NCBI GenBank assembly: GCA_963843975.1
Contig: CAWJMG010000001.1
Span: 540,001-572,000 of the forward strand
Source of the DNA: an uncultured Actinomycetes bacterium
GTDB taxonomy: Bacteria; Actinomycetota; Actinomycetes; S36-B12; CAIYMF01
DNA length: 32,000 nucleotides
Direction of reading: 5' to 3'
Part shown: positions 19,950 through 28,026 of the stretch, in pieces
Layout: the number at the start of each line of letters is the position of its first letter
Position numbering within the stretch: position 1 is the first letter of the stretch
The notes under the pieces: generated by a model
What the model saw: the letters and a program-made list of their open reading frames with translations, nothing else
Database searches by the model: none
What the model was told of the DNA's origin: nothing
Position numbers and translations under genes: made by a program

Positions 19950-22127
19950 TCAGGCCTCCGTGATCTCGCGGAGACGGGTGGCGGCTTCCTCCGACTTGGC
20001 GAAGGCTGCGCGCTCGAGCACCTTGGAGATGCTCGGCGAGGCGACGCCGCCGGTGATGCGACCGACGGGTGCGTCGAGCCAGTCGAACAGACGGCGCGCG
20101 ATCTCGTCCCCGAGCCAGTTGCCGTACGACGTGCCGACCGCGCCCTGCTCGGCGATCACGACGTTGTTGGTCTTCTTGATGCTCTCGGTGATCGTGTCCC
20201 AGTCGAGGCTCGCGCGGTCGAGCCAGCGCAGGTCGATCACCTCGGCGTCGATGCCGGTCTCCTCCACCGCCTGCAGCACGTAGTTCGTCATGGCGAGGTA
20301 CGTGAGGACCGTGACGGCCTTGCCCTCGCGGCGTACGGCGGCCTTGCCGACGGGCAGCACGTGGTCGAAGTCGCCCTCGACGGCGGGACCGGTCGAGGCG
20401 TAGAGGTCGACGTGCTCGATGACCACGACCGGGTCCTCGCACTGCAGCGCGGCGTTCATGAGGCCGACGTAGTCGAACGGTGTCGACGGCGCGACGATGC
20501 GCCAGCCAGGAGCGGTGGCGAAGATGCCGGCCGGGTCCATCGAGTGCTGCGAGCCGTAGCCCGTGCCCATCGCGACCTTGCTGCGCAGCACGAACGGCAC
20601 TGCGCCGTCGCCGCCGAACATGTGCCGTGCCTTGCCGATCTGGTTGAACAGCTGGTCGGCCGCGACCCACATGAAGTCGGCGTACATGAACTCGACGATC
20701 GGGCGGAAGCGCCCGTCCATCGCCATGCCGCCGCCGAGGCCGGTGAACGCGTTCTCGCTGATCGGCGTGCCGAGCACGCGGTCGGGGAACGCGTCCTTCA
20801 GGCCCTTCGTGGCACCGTTCGTGCCGCCGTTGAGGCGGTGCACGTCCTCGCCGAGGATCACCACGCGCGGGTCGGTCTCGAGCCGGCGGCCCATCACGCC
20901 GGCGACGGCGTCGATGAACTTGACCTCGGTGAGCCGACCCTCGAAGTCGGCGACGTCGGTGAACGTGACGCCGTCGAACTCCGACAGGTCGCCGCGCACG
21001 CCCTCGTCGACGAACTCGGGGCTCGGCCACTCGGCCGCCTTGATCTGGCGCTCCTTCGGCTTGCCGTCCGGCTTGGGCTCCAGGATCACCTCGCCGAGGC
21101 TCGCCATGAGCGCCTTGGCCTGCGCCGTCGCGGCGTCGACCTGCTCCTGCGTGAGGATGCCGCGGCGCACGAGGTGGCGGGCGGTGGTGTCGATCGGGTC
21201 GCGCCCGCGCCACTGCGCCTCCTCCTCCTTGCTGCGGTAGCGGAAGGCGCTGCCCGGGAACGGGCCGTTCTGGTGGAAGTAGCGGTAGACGTCCGCCTCG
21301 ATGAGCGTGGGGCCGCCGCCCGAGCGCATGACCGCGAGCGCCTGCTGCATCGCGAGGTGGACCGCGAGCGGGTCCATGCCGTCGACCTTCCAGCTCGGGA
21401 TGCCGAAGCCGGGGCCGCGGCCCGAGAGGCGCGTCTCCGCCGTCACCTCGGCCACGTGCGTGCTGACGGCGTACTGGTTGTTCTCGACGAAGAAGCAGAT
21501 CGGCAGCTTCCACGCGCCGGCGAGGTTGAACGTCTCGAGCGTCGAGCCGATGTTGATGGCGCCGTCGCCGAAGTAGGTGACGGCGACGGCGTCGGTGCCC
21601 GCGTGCTTGTGTGCCCAGGCAGACCCGGCCGCGAGCGGTACGCCGCCGCCGACGATCGCGTTGGTGCCGATCGCACCGGCCTCGTGCCACTGCAGGTGCA
21701 TGCTGCCGCCGCGGCCGTGGCTGAAGCCGAGGTCGAGTCCCGCGATCTCGCGCAGGCTGCGCAGGAGCGCGTCGCGGACGTCGTCGGGGATCGGCTGGGT
21801 CGGGTCGATGCCCTCGGGGTGCAGGTGGCTGAGCACCTTGGCGAGGAACTGGTGGTGGCCGCGGTGCGAGCCGTTGACGGTGTCGGCGGTGCGCAAGGAG
21901 ATGGCCGAGCCGACGGCGCCGCCCTCCTGGCCGATGCTCGAGTGGGCGGGGCCGTGGATGAGGCCCTCGCCGGCGAGCTCGAGCACGAACTCCTCGAACG
22001 ACCGGATGAGCACGAGCTGGCTCAGCATCGCGGTGAGCAGCGCGGGATCGGCGGCGTCCCAGTCGGCGTCGGTGACGACGAGCTCGGTCCAGGGGACCGC
22101 GGGATCGAGGGGGTGGTTCTCGGGCAT
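19950..22127 (-). CDS. TPP-dependent dehydrogenase E1 component, fused alpha-beta subunits (725 aa)
   Basis: Internal ATG 22127 (MPENHPLDPAVPW...). The alpha half carries the TPP motif GDGAINIGSTLETFNLAGAWKLPICFFVENN. The beta half (...GTPISENAFTGLGGGMAMDGRFRPIVEFMYADF...) follows in the same frame with no stop. Confidence 0.9.
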   Translation of the reverse strand: MPENHPLDPAVPWTELVVTDADWDAADPALLTAMLSQLVLIRSFEEFVLELAGEGLIHGPAHSSIGQEGGAVGSAISLRTADTVNGSHRGHHQFLAKVLSHLHPEGIDPTQPIPDDVRDALLRSLREIAGLDLGFSHGRGGSMHLQWHEAGAIGTNAIVGGGVPLAAGSAWAHKHAGTDAVAVTYFGDGAINIGSTLETFNLAGAWKLPICFFVENNQYAVSTHVAEVTAETRLSGRGPGFGIPSWKVDGMDPLAVHLAMQQALAVMRSGGGPTLIEADVYRYFHQNGPFPGSAFRYRSKEEEAQWRGRDPIDTTARHLVRRGILTQEQVDAATAQAKALMASLGEVILEPKPDGKPKERQIKAAEWPSPEFVDEGVRGDLSEFDGVTFTDVADFEGRLTEVKFIDAVAGVMGRRLETDPRVVILGEDVHRLNGGTNGATKGLKDAFPDRVLGTPISENAFTGLGGGMAMDGRFRPIVEFMYADFMWVAADQLFNQIGKARHMFGGDGAVPFVLRSKVAMGTGYGSQHSMDPAGIFATAPGWRIVAPSTPFDYVGLMNAALQCEDPVVVIEHVDLYASTGPAVEGDFDHVLPVGKAAVRREGKAVTVLTYLAMTNYVLQAVEETGIDAEVIDLRWLDRASLDWDTITESIKKTNNVVIAEQGAVGTSYGNWLGDEIARRLFDWLDAPVGRITGGVASPSISKVLERAAFAKSEEAATRLREITEA

Positions 22128-22179
22128 GGGGTCACCTTCGCGCTGGGCCGACGAGCCGGTGGGACGAGCGTGGCAGCAA

Positions 22180-22189
22180 ATGTATCCAT
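22180..22189. promoter_or_regulatory. candidate operator half-palindrome ATGTATCCAT in the E1 / VOC-GntR divergent region
   Basis: Lies in an AT-richer patch (gcaaATGTATCCATtcgc) and differs by 1 nt from the site at 22243. Confidence 0.3.
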
Positions 22190-22242
22190 TCGCAAGGCCT
22201 GGACGGACCTTTCCCGCGTATGGGACGCTCATTGTTGTTCGT

Positions 22243-22252
22243 ATGGATCCAT
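22243..22252. promoter_or_regulatory. candidate operator, perfect palindrome ATGGATCCAT, 12 nt upstream of the VOC start and overlapping its RBS region
   Basis: The sequence gtATGGATCCATcAGGAGGtttcATG was read directly. A GntR regulator gene is adjacent. Confidence 0.35.
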
Positions 22253-22263
22253 CAGGAGGTTTC

Positions 22264-22767
22264 ATGGCGATCCCCGGGCTGAGCCGCCTCGACCACGTCG
22301 GCTTCACCGTGCCCGACCTCGAGGCCGCGCACACCTGGCTGGTGGACGTGCTCGGCTGCGAGTACATGTACGCGCTCGGGCCGTTCGCCTCGCCCGACAC
22401 CGACTGGATGCGCGACCACATGAACGTCGATCCGCGCACGGTGATGCGCCAGCTGCGCTTCTACCGCTGCGGCGGCCAGGCGGTCTTCGAGGTGTTCCAG
22501 TACGAGGCGCCGTCGCAGTCGACCGAGGTCCCGCGCAACAGCGACGTCGGCGGTCACCACGTCGCGCTGTACGTCGACGACCTCGACGCCGCGGTCGCGT
22601 ACCTCCACGAGCAGGGCGTCACGGTGCTCGGCGAGCCGACGGTGAGCCGCAGCGCGTCGGAGGGCCAGCGCTGGGTCTACTTCCTCTCCCCCTGGGGCAT
22701 GCAGTTCGAGCTCGTCTCGTACCCTCACGGCAAGGCGTTCGACCACCATCCCGAGCTGTTCTCCTAG
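22264..22767 (+). CDS. VOC (glyoxalase/bleomycin-resistance/dioxygenase) family protein, 167 aa
   Basis: ATG lies 5 nt after AGGAGG. LSRLDHVGFTVPDLEAAHTWLVDVLG and GGHHVALYVDDLDAAVAYLHEQGV are the paired beta-alpha-beta-beta-beta modules of VOC proteins. Confidence 0.8.
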   Translation: MAIPGLSRLDHVGFTVPDLEAAHTWLVDVLGCEYMYALGPFASPDTDWMRDHMNVDPRTVMRQLRFYRCGGQAVFEVFQYEAPSQSTEVPRNSDVGGHHVALYVDDLDAAVAYLHEQGVTVLGEPTVSRSASEGQRWVYFLSPWGMQFELVSYPHGKAFDHHPELFS

Positions 22768-22781
22768 GAGGGGCGCGAGCC

Positions 22782-23720
22782 GTGTCCGCGGACAGCGCGA
22801 GCGAGCCGATCGTCGACTCCGTCAGCAGCCAGCGGATCGCGGCTGCCCTGCGCGAGGCGATCCTCGGCGGCGAGTTCGCGCCCGGCGAGCGCCTGCTGCA
22901 GGACGTCATCGCCGAGCGCTTCGGCGCGAGCCGCATCCCGGTGCGCGAGGCCTTCCGCATCCTCGACTCCGAGGGCCTCATGGAGGTCTCGCCCAACAAG
23001 GGCGCACGCGTGCCGGCGCTCGACCTCTACGAGGTGCACACCTACTACCGCATGCGCGAGCGGCTCGAGCCCCTCACGCTGACCGAGAGCCTCCCCCATC
23101 TCACCGAGGCGCAGATCGACGAGATGGAGCGGATCCAGGAGCAGATCGAGGCGAACGACGACGTCGCGCGGTTCCTCGTGCTCGACCGCGACTTCCACAT
23201 GACGTCGTACGCCGCCTGCCCGAGCGAGCAGCTGCTCTCGGCGACCATGCGGCTCTGGAACTCCACCCAGCACTACCGCCGCGCGTTCATGCTCCTCGCC
23301 GGCCCGGACCGTGCCGCGATCGTCAACGCCGAGCACCGGCTGCTGCTCGACGCGATCCGCCGGCGCGACGCCGTCGACGCCGAGCGCTTCCTCGAGGGCC
23401 ACATCCGGCGCACGAGGGTCGCCCTGCAGAGCCATCCCGAGCTTCTTCGGCGCCTGACTCCCCGATTCGGTAGTGGTAAGGCGGCACGGGTGACGCCTTA
23501 CCACTACCGAATCGGGACGCGGCGGGGGCGGATGGCGGCGGACGCGACGGCGACGCCGGCGAGCACCACGCCGGCAATGAGCTGCCACGAGACGACCGTG
23601 CCCGGAGTCGGCAGGAGCAGGTCGGACAGCAGCGAGCCGGTGAGCTGGCCGGCGATGGTGAGCAGGCCGAACAGCAGGACGCCGAGCGGACGCACCAGCA
23701 CCGCCGCCACGCTGATGTAG
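22782..23720 (+). CDS. GntR family transcriptional regulator (FadR/FCD subfamily); annotated to the first in-frame stop, but the last ~88 codons look like read-through
   Basis: GTG lies 9 nt after AGGAGG. It has a winged-HTH region (IAERFGASRIPVREAFRILDSEGLMEV) and an FCD-like helical domain ending about ...ERFLEGHIRRTRVALQSHPEL. Beyond about 23455 the frame crosses a 23-bp inverted repeat and runs antisense to the DMT gene for 217 nt. Confidence 0.75.
   Translation: MSADSASEPIVDSVSSQRIAAALREAILGGEFAPGERLLQDVIAERFGASRIPVREAFRILDSEGLMEVSPNKGARVPALDLYEVHTYYRMRERLEPLTLTESLPHLTEAQIDEMERIQEQIEANDDVARFLVLDRDFHMTSYAACPSEQLLSATMRLWNSTQHYRRAFMLLAGPDRAAIVNAEHRLLLDAIRRRDAVDAERFLEGHIRRTRVALQSHPELLRRLTPRFGSGKAARVTPYHYRIGTRRGRMAADATATPASTTPAMSCHETTVPGVGRSRSDSSEPVSWPAMVSRPNSRTPSGRTSTAATLM
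23461..23516. terminator. perfect 23-bp inverted repeat with 10-nt loop between convergent genes (bidirectional terminator candidate)
   Basis: CCCGATTCGGTAGTGGTAAGGCG gcacgggtga CGCCTTACCACTACCGAATCGGG. The right arm contains the TAG stop of the DMT gene (23504-23506). Confidence 0.7.
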
Positions 23721-24430
23721 AGGACGCCGGTGATGCCGCCGAGCCACAGCAGCGGCTGCTCCCACGGCGGAGGCGGCGCGGCCCACCGGTGCCCGATGAG
23801 GTGCTCGATGCCGAGCCCGATCAGCAGGAGCACCAGCGCGAGCGCGAAGTTGATCAGCGCTGCCGGCATCGGGTCGCCGGTGCGCTGGGCTACCGTGCCG
23901 TTGAGCGCGAGCTGCGTGGCGACGACGCCGCCGGACACGATCACCGCGCCGACCGCCCACCACACGAGGTCGCCGGAGAGCAGCCGGCCCGACACCGCGA
24001 GCGCGACGGCGAGGGTCGTCCCGATGGCGGAGAGCACGCGCCGGCGCGACACCGCGCGCGAACCACCGGGCCCGAAGCCCCACGTGTCGACGAGCAGCGA
24101 CATGCCTGTGACGCCGGCGACGTACGACACGGTGAACACCGCGACGCCGAGCAGGGGCACGGTGACGGCCTGGCTGCCGATGTAGCAGGCGCCGCCGACG
24201 CCGCCGAGGAAGTGCCACCACCGCAGCTGTCCGTCGCGCAGGGCCGCAGGAATCGCGCGCGTCAGCGCACGGCGCGACGAGCCTCGCACAGCCACGATCG
24301 CCAGGAGGATGACGAGGCCGGTCGTCAGCGAGATGACCCCGGTGAGGAACGCGTCGCCGGTGACGAGCGCCAGCTCGCCGTTGCTGCGTGCCTGCACCAC
24401 GCTCGTGATGCCGACCGTGAAGGCCAGCAC
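23504..24430 (-). CDS. DMT-superfamily transporter (DUF606/YdcZ-like duplicated type)
   Basis: 308-aa polytopic protein with two related halves (SVVQARSNGELA... and VVATQLALNGTVAQRTG...). GTG start; no in-frame ATG, GTG or TTG is available upstream. Confidence 0.75.
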   Translation of the reverse strand: MLAFTVGITSVVQARSNGELALVTGDAFLTGVISLTTGLVILLAIVAVRGSSRRALTRAIPAALRDGQLRWWHFLGGVGGACYIGSQAVTVPLLGVAVFTVSYVAGVTGMSLLVDTWGFGPGGSRAVSRRRVLSAIGTTLAVALAVSGRLLSGDLVWWAVGAVIVSGGVVATQLALNGTVAQRTGDPMPAALINFALALVLLLIGLGIEHLIGHRWAAPPPPWEQPLLWLGGITGVLYISVAAVLVRPLGVLLFGLLTIAGQLTGSLLSDLLLPTPGTVVSWQLIAGVVLAGVAVASAAIRPRRVPIR

Positions 24431-24473
24431 CAGAGCCCACCACGGCGGGTGCGGCTGCGGCGGCGTGACGGGA

Positions 24474-26039
24474 TCAGTGGAAGAAATGGCGCGTCCCCGT
24501 CATGTACATCGTGACGCCGGCGGCGGTCGCAGCGGCGATGACCTCCTCGTCGCGCACCGAGCCGCCCGGCTGCACGATCGCCTTCACACCGGCGGAGGTG
24601 AGCACCTCGAGGCCGTCGGGGAACGGGAAGAACGCGTCGGACGCACCCACCGAGCCACGGACCCGCTCGTCGCCGGCGCGGGACACCGCGAGCCGCGCGG
24701 AGTCGACGCGGTTGACCTGGCCCATGCCGACGCCGACGGCGGCGCCGTCCTTGGCGAGCAGGATCGCGTTGCTCTTCACCGAGCGGCACGCGCGCCAGGC
24801 GAAGACCAGGTCGCGCAGGGTCGCCTCGTCGGCGGGCTCGCCGCAGGCGAGGGTCCACGTGTCGACCGCGTCACCGGCGGCGTCGATCTTGTCCGTCGCC
24901 TGCAGCAGCAGGCCGCCGGACACCGGGCGGATCTCGATCCCGCCCGTCGCCGGCACGTCGGCAGCGACGAGCAGACGCAGGTTCTTCTTCTCGCTCAGCA
25001 GCGCGAGCGCGTCGTCGTCGAAGCCGGGCGCGACCACGACCTCGGTGAACACCTCGGCGACCTGCTGCGCCATCGCGAGCGTCACCGGGCGGTTGGCGGC
25101 GATCACGCCGCCGAACGCCGAGACCGGGTCGGTCTCGTGCGCCTTGCGGTGCGCCTCGGCGATGTCCGCGCCGACGGCGATGCCGCAGGGGTTGGCGTGC
25201 TTGATGATCGCGACCGCGGGCTCGGTGTGGTCGTACGCCGCCCGACGCGCGGCATCGGCGTCGACGTAGTTGTTGTACGACATCTCCTTGCCGTGCAGCT
25301 GCTCGGCCTGGGCGAGACCCGGGTGCGGCGTGTTGTTCGTGACGTAGAGCGCGGCGCGCTGGTGCGGGTTCTCGCCGTACCGCAGCACTTCGGCCCGCTC
25401 CCACGTGGCACCGAGCCACGCCGGGAAGCCGGTGCCCGAGTCGGACGGCGACACGACGTTGCCCATCCACGACGCGACGGCGACGTCGTACGACGCCGTG
25501 TGGATGAAGGCCTCGGCCGCGAGGCGCTGCCGCTCGGCGAGCGTGAAGCCGCCGCGGGCGACGGCCTCGAGCACGTCGCCGTAGTACGACGGCGACGTGA
25601 CGACCGCGACGCTCGGGTGGTTCTTCGCGGCTGCACGCACCATCGTGGGGCCGCCGATGTCGATCTGCTCGACGCACTCGTCCTGCGTCGCACCCGACGC
25701 GACCGTGTCGGCGAACGGGTAGAGGTTGACCACCACGAGGTCGAACGGCTCGATGCCGAGCTCGGCGAGCTGGCTCTGGTGGTCCTCGAGGCGCAGGTCG
25801 GCGAGGATCCCGGCGTGCACCTTCGGGTGCAGCGTCTTCACGCGGCCGTCGAGGCACTCGGGGAAGCCGGTGAGGTCCTGCACCTGCGTGACGCTGATGC
25901 CGAGACCGGCGATGCGCGACGCCGTCGAGCCGGTCGACACGATCTCGACGCCGGCGTCGGCGAGGCCGCGCGCGAGCTCGTCGAGGCCGGTCTTGTCGTA
26001 GACCGAGACGAGGGCGCGACGGACGGGTCGGGTGCTCAC
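24474..26039 (-). CDS. purH: bifunctional AICAR formyltransferase / IMP cyclohydrolase
   Basis: GTG 26039 overlaps the purN stop (GTGA). Motifs: [46 protein letters not shown]-terminal [11 protein letters not shown]. Confidence 0.95.
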   Translation of the reverse strand: MSTRPVRRALVSVYDKTGLDELARGLADAGVEIVSTGSTASRIAGLGISVTQVQDLTGFPECLDGRVKTLHPKVHAGILADLRLEDHQSQLAELGIEPFDLVVVNLYPFADTVASGATQDECVEQIDIGGPTMVRAAAKNHPSVAVVTSPSYYGDVLEAVARGGFTLAERQRLAAEAFIHTASYDVAVASWMGNVVSPSDSGTGFPAWLGATWERAEVLRYGENPHQRAALYVTNNTPHPGLAQAEQLHGKEMSYNNYVDADAARRAAYDHTEPAVAIIKHANPCGIAVGADIAEAHRKAHETDPVSAFGGVIAANRPVTLAMAQQVAEVFTEVVVAPGFDDDALALLSEKKNLRLLVAADVPATGGIEIRPVSGGLLLQATDKIDAAGDAVDTWTLACGEPADEATLRDLVFAWRACRSVKSNAILLAKDGAAVGVGMGQVNRVDSARLAVSRAGDERVRGSVGASDAFFPFPDGLEVLTSAGVKAIVQPGGSVRDEEVIAAATAAGVTMYMTGTRHFFH

Positions 26040-26669
26040 GGGATGGTGACCTTCCTGCCGGTGACGGTGCAGCCGTTCGCCGCGAGGGCGGCGACGGTCT
26101 CGACGAGCAGCTCGCGCTCGACGTTCTTGATGCGTTCGTGGAGCGCGGACTCGTCGTCGTCCGGTCGGACGGCGACGGACGCCTGGGCGAGGATCGGCCC
26201 GGTGTCGACCCCCTCGTCGACCAGGTGCACGGTGCAGCCGGTGACCGTCACGCCGTAGGCGAGCGCGTCGCCGGACGCCGTGCGCGCCGGGGAACGACGG
26301 CAGCAGCGCGGGGTGCGTGTTGACGATGCGGCCCGCGAAGCGCTGCACGAACGCCGGCCCGATGATCCGCATGAAGCCCGCGCACACGACCCAGTCCGGC
26401 TCGTGCGCGGCGACCGCGTCGGCGAGCGCGTCGGTCCAGGTGGCGCGGTCGGCGTACGACGACGGCTCGACGACGAACGTCGGCAGCTCGGCGTCGGTCG
26501 CGCGCTGCAGGCCGAACGCGGTGGGGACGTCCGCGCCGACGGCCACGACCTCAGCGGGGAACCGCGGGTCGGTGGCGGCGTCCAGCAGTGCCTGGAGGTT
26601 GGAGCCGGAGCCGGACACGAGGACGACGAGGCGTGCACGGACCAGGACGTTCTCGGGCACGGCGGTCAC
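26036..26669 (-). pseudogene. purN: phosphoribosylglycinamide formyltransferase (PurN), frame broken by one extra nucleotide near 26270
   Basis: The N-terminal part ([18 protein letters not shown]...[19 protein letters not shown]) lies in the frame of ORF 24474..26669. The C-terminal part ([29 protein letters not shown]...) lies in the frame of ORF 26036..26638. The junction reads gtc cgg c gac gcg on the minus strand. Confidence 0.85.
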
Positions 26670-26712
26670 GGCGCTGGTGTCCTCGGGCTGGTTTCGGCGG
26701 GATGCCCCGATC

Positions 26713-27927
26713 CTACGGTGCGTCGGAGCGGACCCAGATCGTGGGCAGCGCGTGCGCCAGCAGGGACCACAGCAGCGACCCGGCCGCGACCAGGCCGAAG
26801 ACCACGACGCCGACCACGAGGCCGTCCGGGCCCAGCTGGGCGAGGCGGGCCGAGCCGAGCGACCCGGATGCGAGCAGGCTGAGGACGCCAGCGGCGAGGC
26901 CGACTGCTGCGGCGGCGCCCAGGTCGACCAGCACCTCGTCGAGCAGGCCGAGCGGGCCGCGCCGGCGCAGCACCACGGCGCCGACGACGCCGGCGAGCAC
27001 CGGGATCAGGAGCAGCAGCGGTGCGGCTGCGGGTGGGTCCTGCGGGACGGCTCCGAGCAGGGGGACGCCGGGCAGCAGGCCAGCGCCCGCGGCGAACGGG
27101 TTCGCCCCGATCGCCCCGCCGACCGCGAAGCCGGGCCCGGCGACGTACGCCAGGGTCCAGACGAGGAGGTTGGGGAGGTAGGCCAGCGAGAGCAGGAAGA
27201 GCCCGAGCATGTCCCACGGCCCGGGCGCGACGCCGCGGGCGAGGCCGGTGACGGTCGACCAGCCGGCCACGACCGCGATGACCGCGACGACGCCGACCAT
27301 CGCCACGAGGGCCGAGCCCGACGCGGAAGCGGCGAGCATCCCCCGCCGCACCAGCCGGGGCAGCCGTGCGACGAGCGGGCGGATGAAGCCGGCACCCTGC
27401 ACGGCGCCGACCGTGAGCCCTACCAGCGCGACGACCGTCGACCACACGATCACGGGCACCTGCGGCAGCGTCGCCTCGGCGATGCCCGACACCTGCGCGA
27501 CGAGGAACGCCACGAAGGCGTACGTCGCCGTGCCCGTCAGCACGATGAGCGCGACGTCCGGCACCGTGGTGGTCGAGGTGATGCGGGCAGCCCATCGACC
27601 TGCGCGCGCCAGCAGGAGAAGTGGCAGCGCGAGCAGGAGCAGCGGGAGCAGCGTGATCGTGGCCGGGCCCACGCTCACCGGGGCGTGGTGGGCGACGAGC
27701 CAGAGAGTGCCCGAGGCGCGCAGCGGAGTGGTGAGCCCCTCGTCGCCGCGGCTCGAGACCGCCCACGCGAGCGACACGACCACGCCGAGCAGAAGGAGGC
27801 CGACAGCTGCGGCCCAGAGCGCGGCGGTGACCGCGGCGACCGGGCGCGTGGCGATGACGTCCGCCCGGGTGCGGCGCGGACGGGTGGGGGCATCCGCCTG
27901 CACCGGCCGCTCGAGCATCGACGTCAT
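26713..27927 (-). CDS. PerM-like (DUF6350-type) polytopic membrane protein
   Basis: 404-aa Ala/Leu/Val-rich protein with about 10 TM segments. It sits immediately upstream of purN-purH, matching the perM(Rv0955)-purN-purH order known in Mycobacterium tuberculosis. Confidence 0.7.
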   Translation of the reverse strand: MTSMLERPVQADAPTRPRRTRADVIATRPVAAVTAALWAAAVGLLLLGVVVSLAWAVSSRGDEGLTTPLRASGTLWLVAHHAPVSVGPATITLLPLLLLALPLLLLARAGRWAARITSTTTVPDVALIVLTGTATYAFVAFLVAQVSGIAEATLPQVPVIVWSTVVALVGLTVGAVQGAGFIRPLVARLPRLVRRGMLAASASGSALVAMVGVVAVIAVVAGWSTVTGLARGVAPGPWDMLGLFLLSLAYLPNLLVWTLAYVAGPGFAVGGAIGANPFAAGAGLLPGVPLLGAVPQDPPAAAPLLLLIPVLAGVVGAVVLRRRGPLGLLDEVLVDLGAAAAVGLAAGVLSLLASGSLGSARLAQLGPDGLVVGVVVFGLVAAGSLLWSLLAHALPTIWVRSDAP

Positions 27928-27941
27928 GGCGTCGATGCTCG
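27912..27941 (-). promoter_or_regulatory. 12-bp perfect inverted repeat enclosing the perM-like start codon in a 6-nt loop
   Basis: Plus strand reads cGAGCATCGACG tcatgg CGTCGATGCTCg, with the ATG (27927-27925, minus strand) inside the loop. Confidence 0.45.
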
Positions 27942-27987
27942 CATCGGAGCGCGGGTCACCCCGGCTGCGACACGGGTGACTCCGGCT

Positions 27988-28006
27988 CCGTCCGGTCCTC
28001 GGACGG
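27988..28006 (-). terminator. 7-bp stem / 5-nt loop hairpin (CCGTCCG gtcct CGGACGG) 21 nt after the alpha-hydroxy-acid oxidase stop
   Basis: Read directly from the sequence. A second imperfect hairpin (GTCACCC...GGGTGAC) lies at about 27955-27980. Confidence 0.4.
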
Positions 28007-28026
28007 GCAGCGCGACCAGGGCCCGC

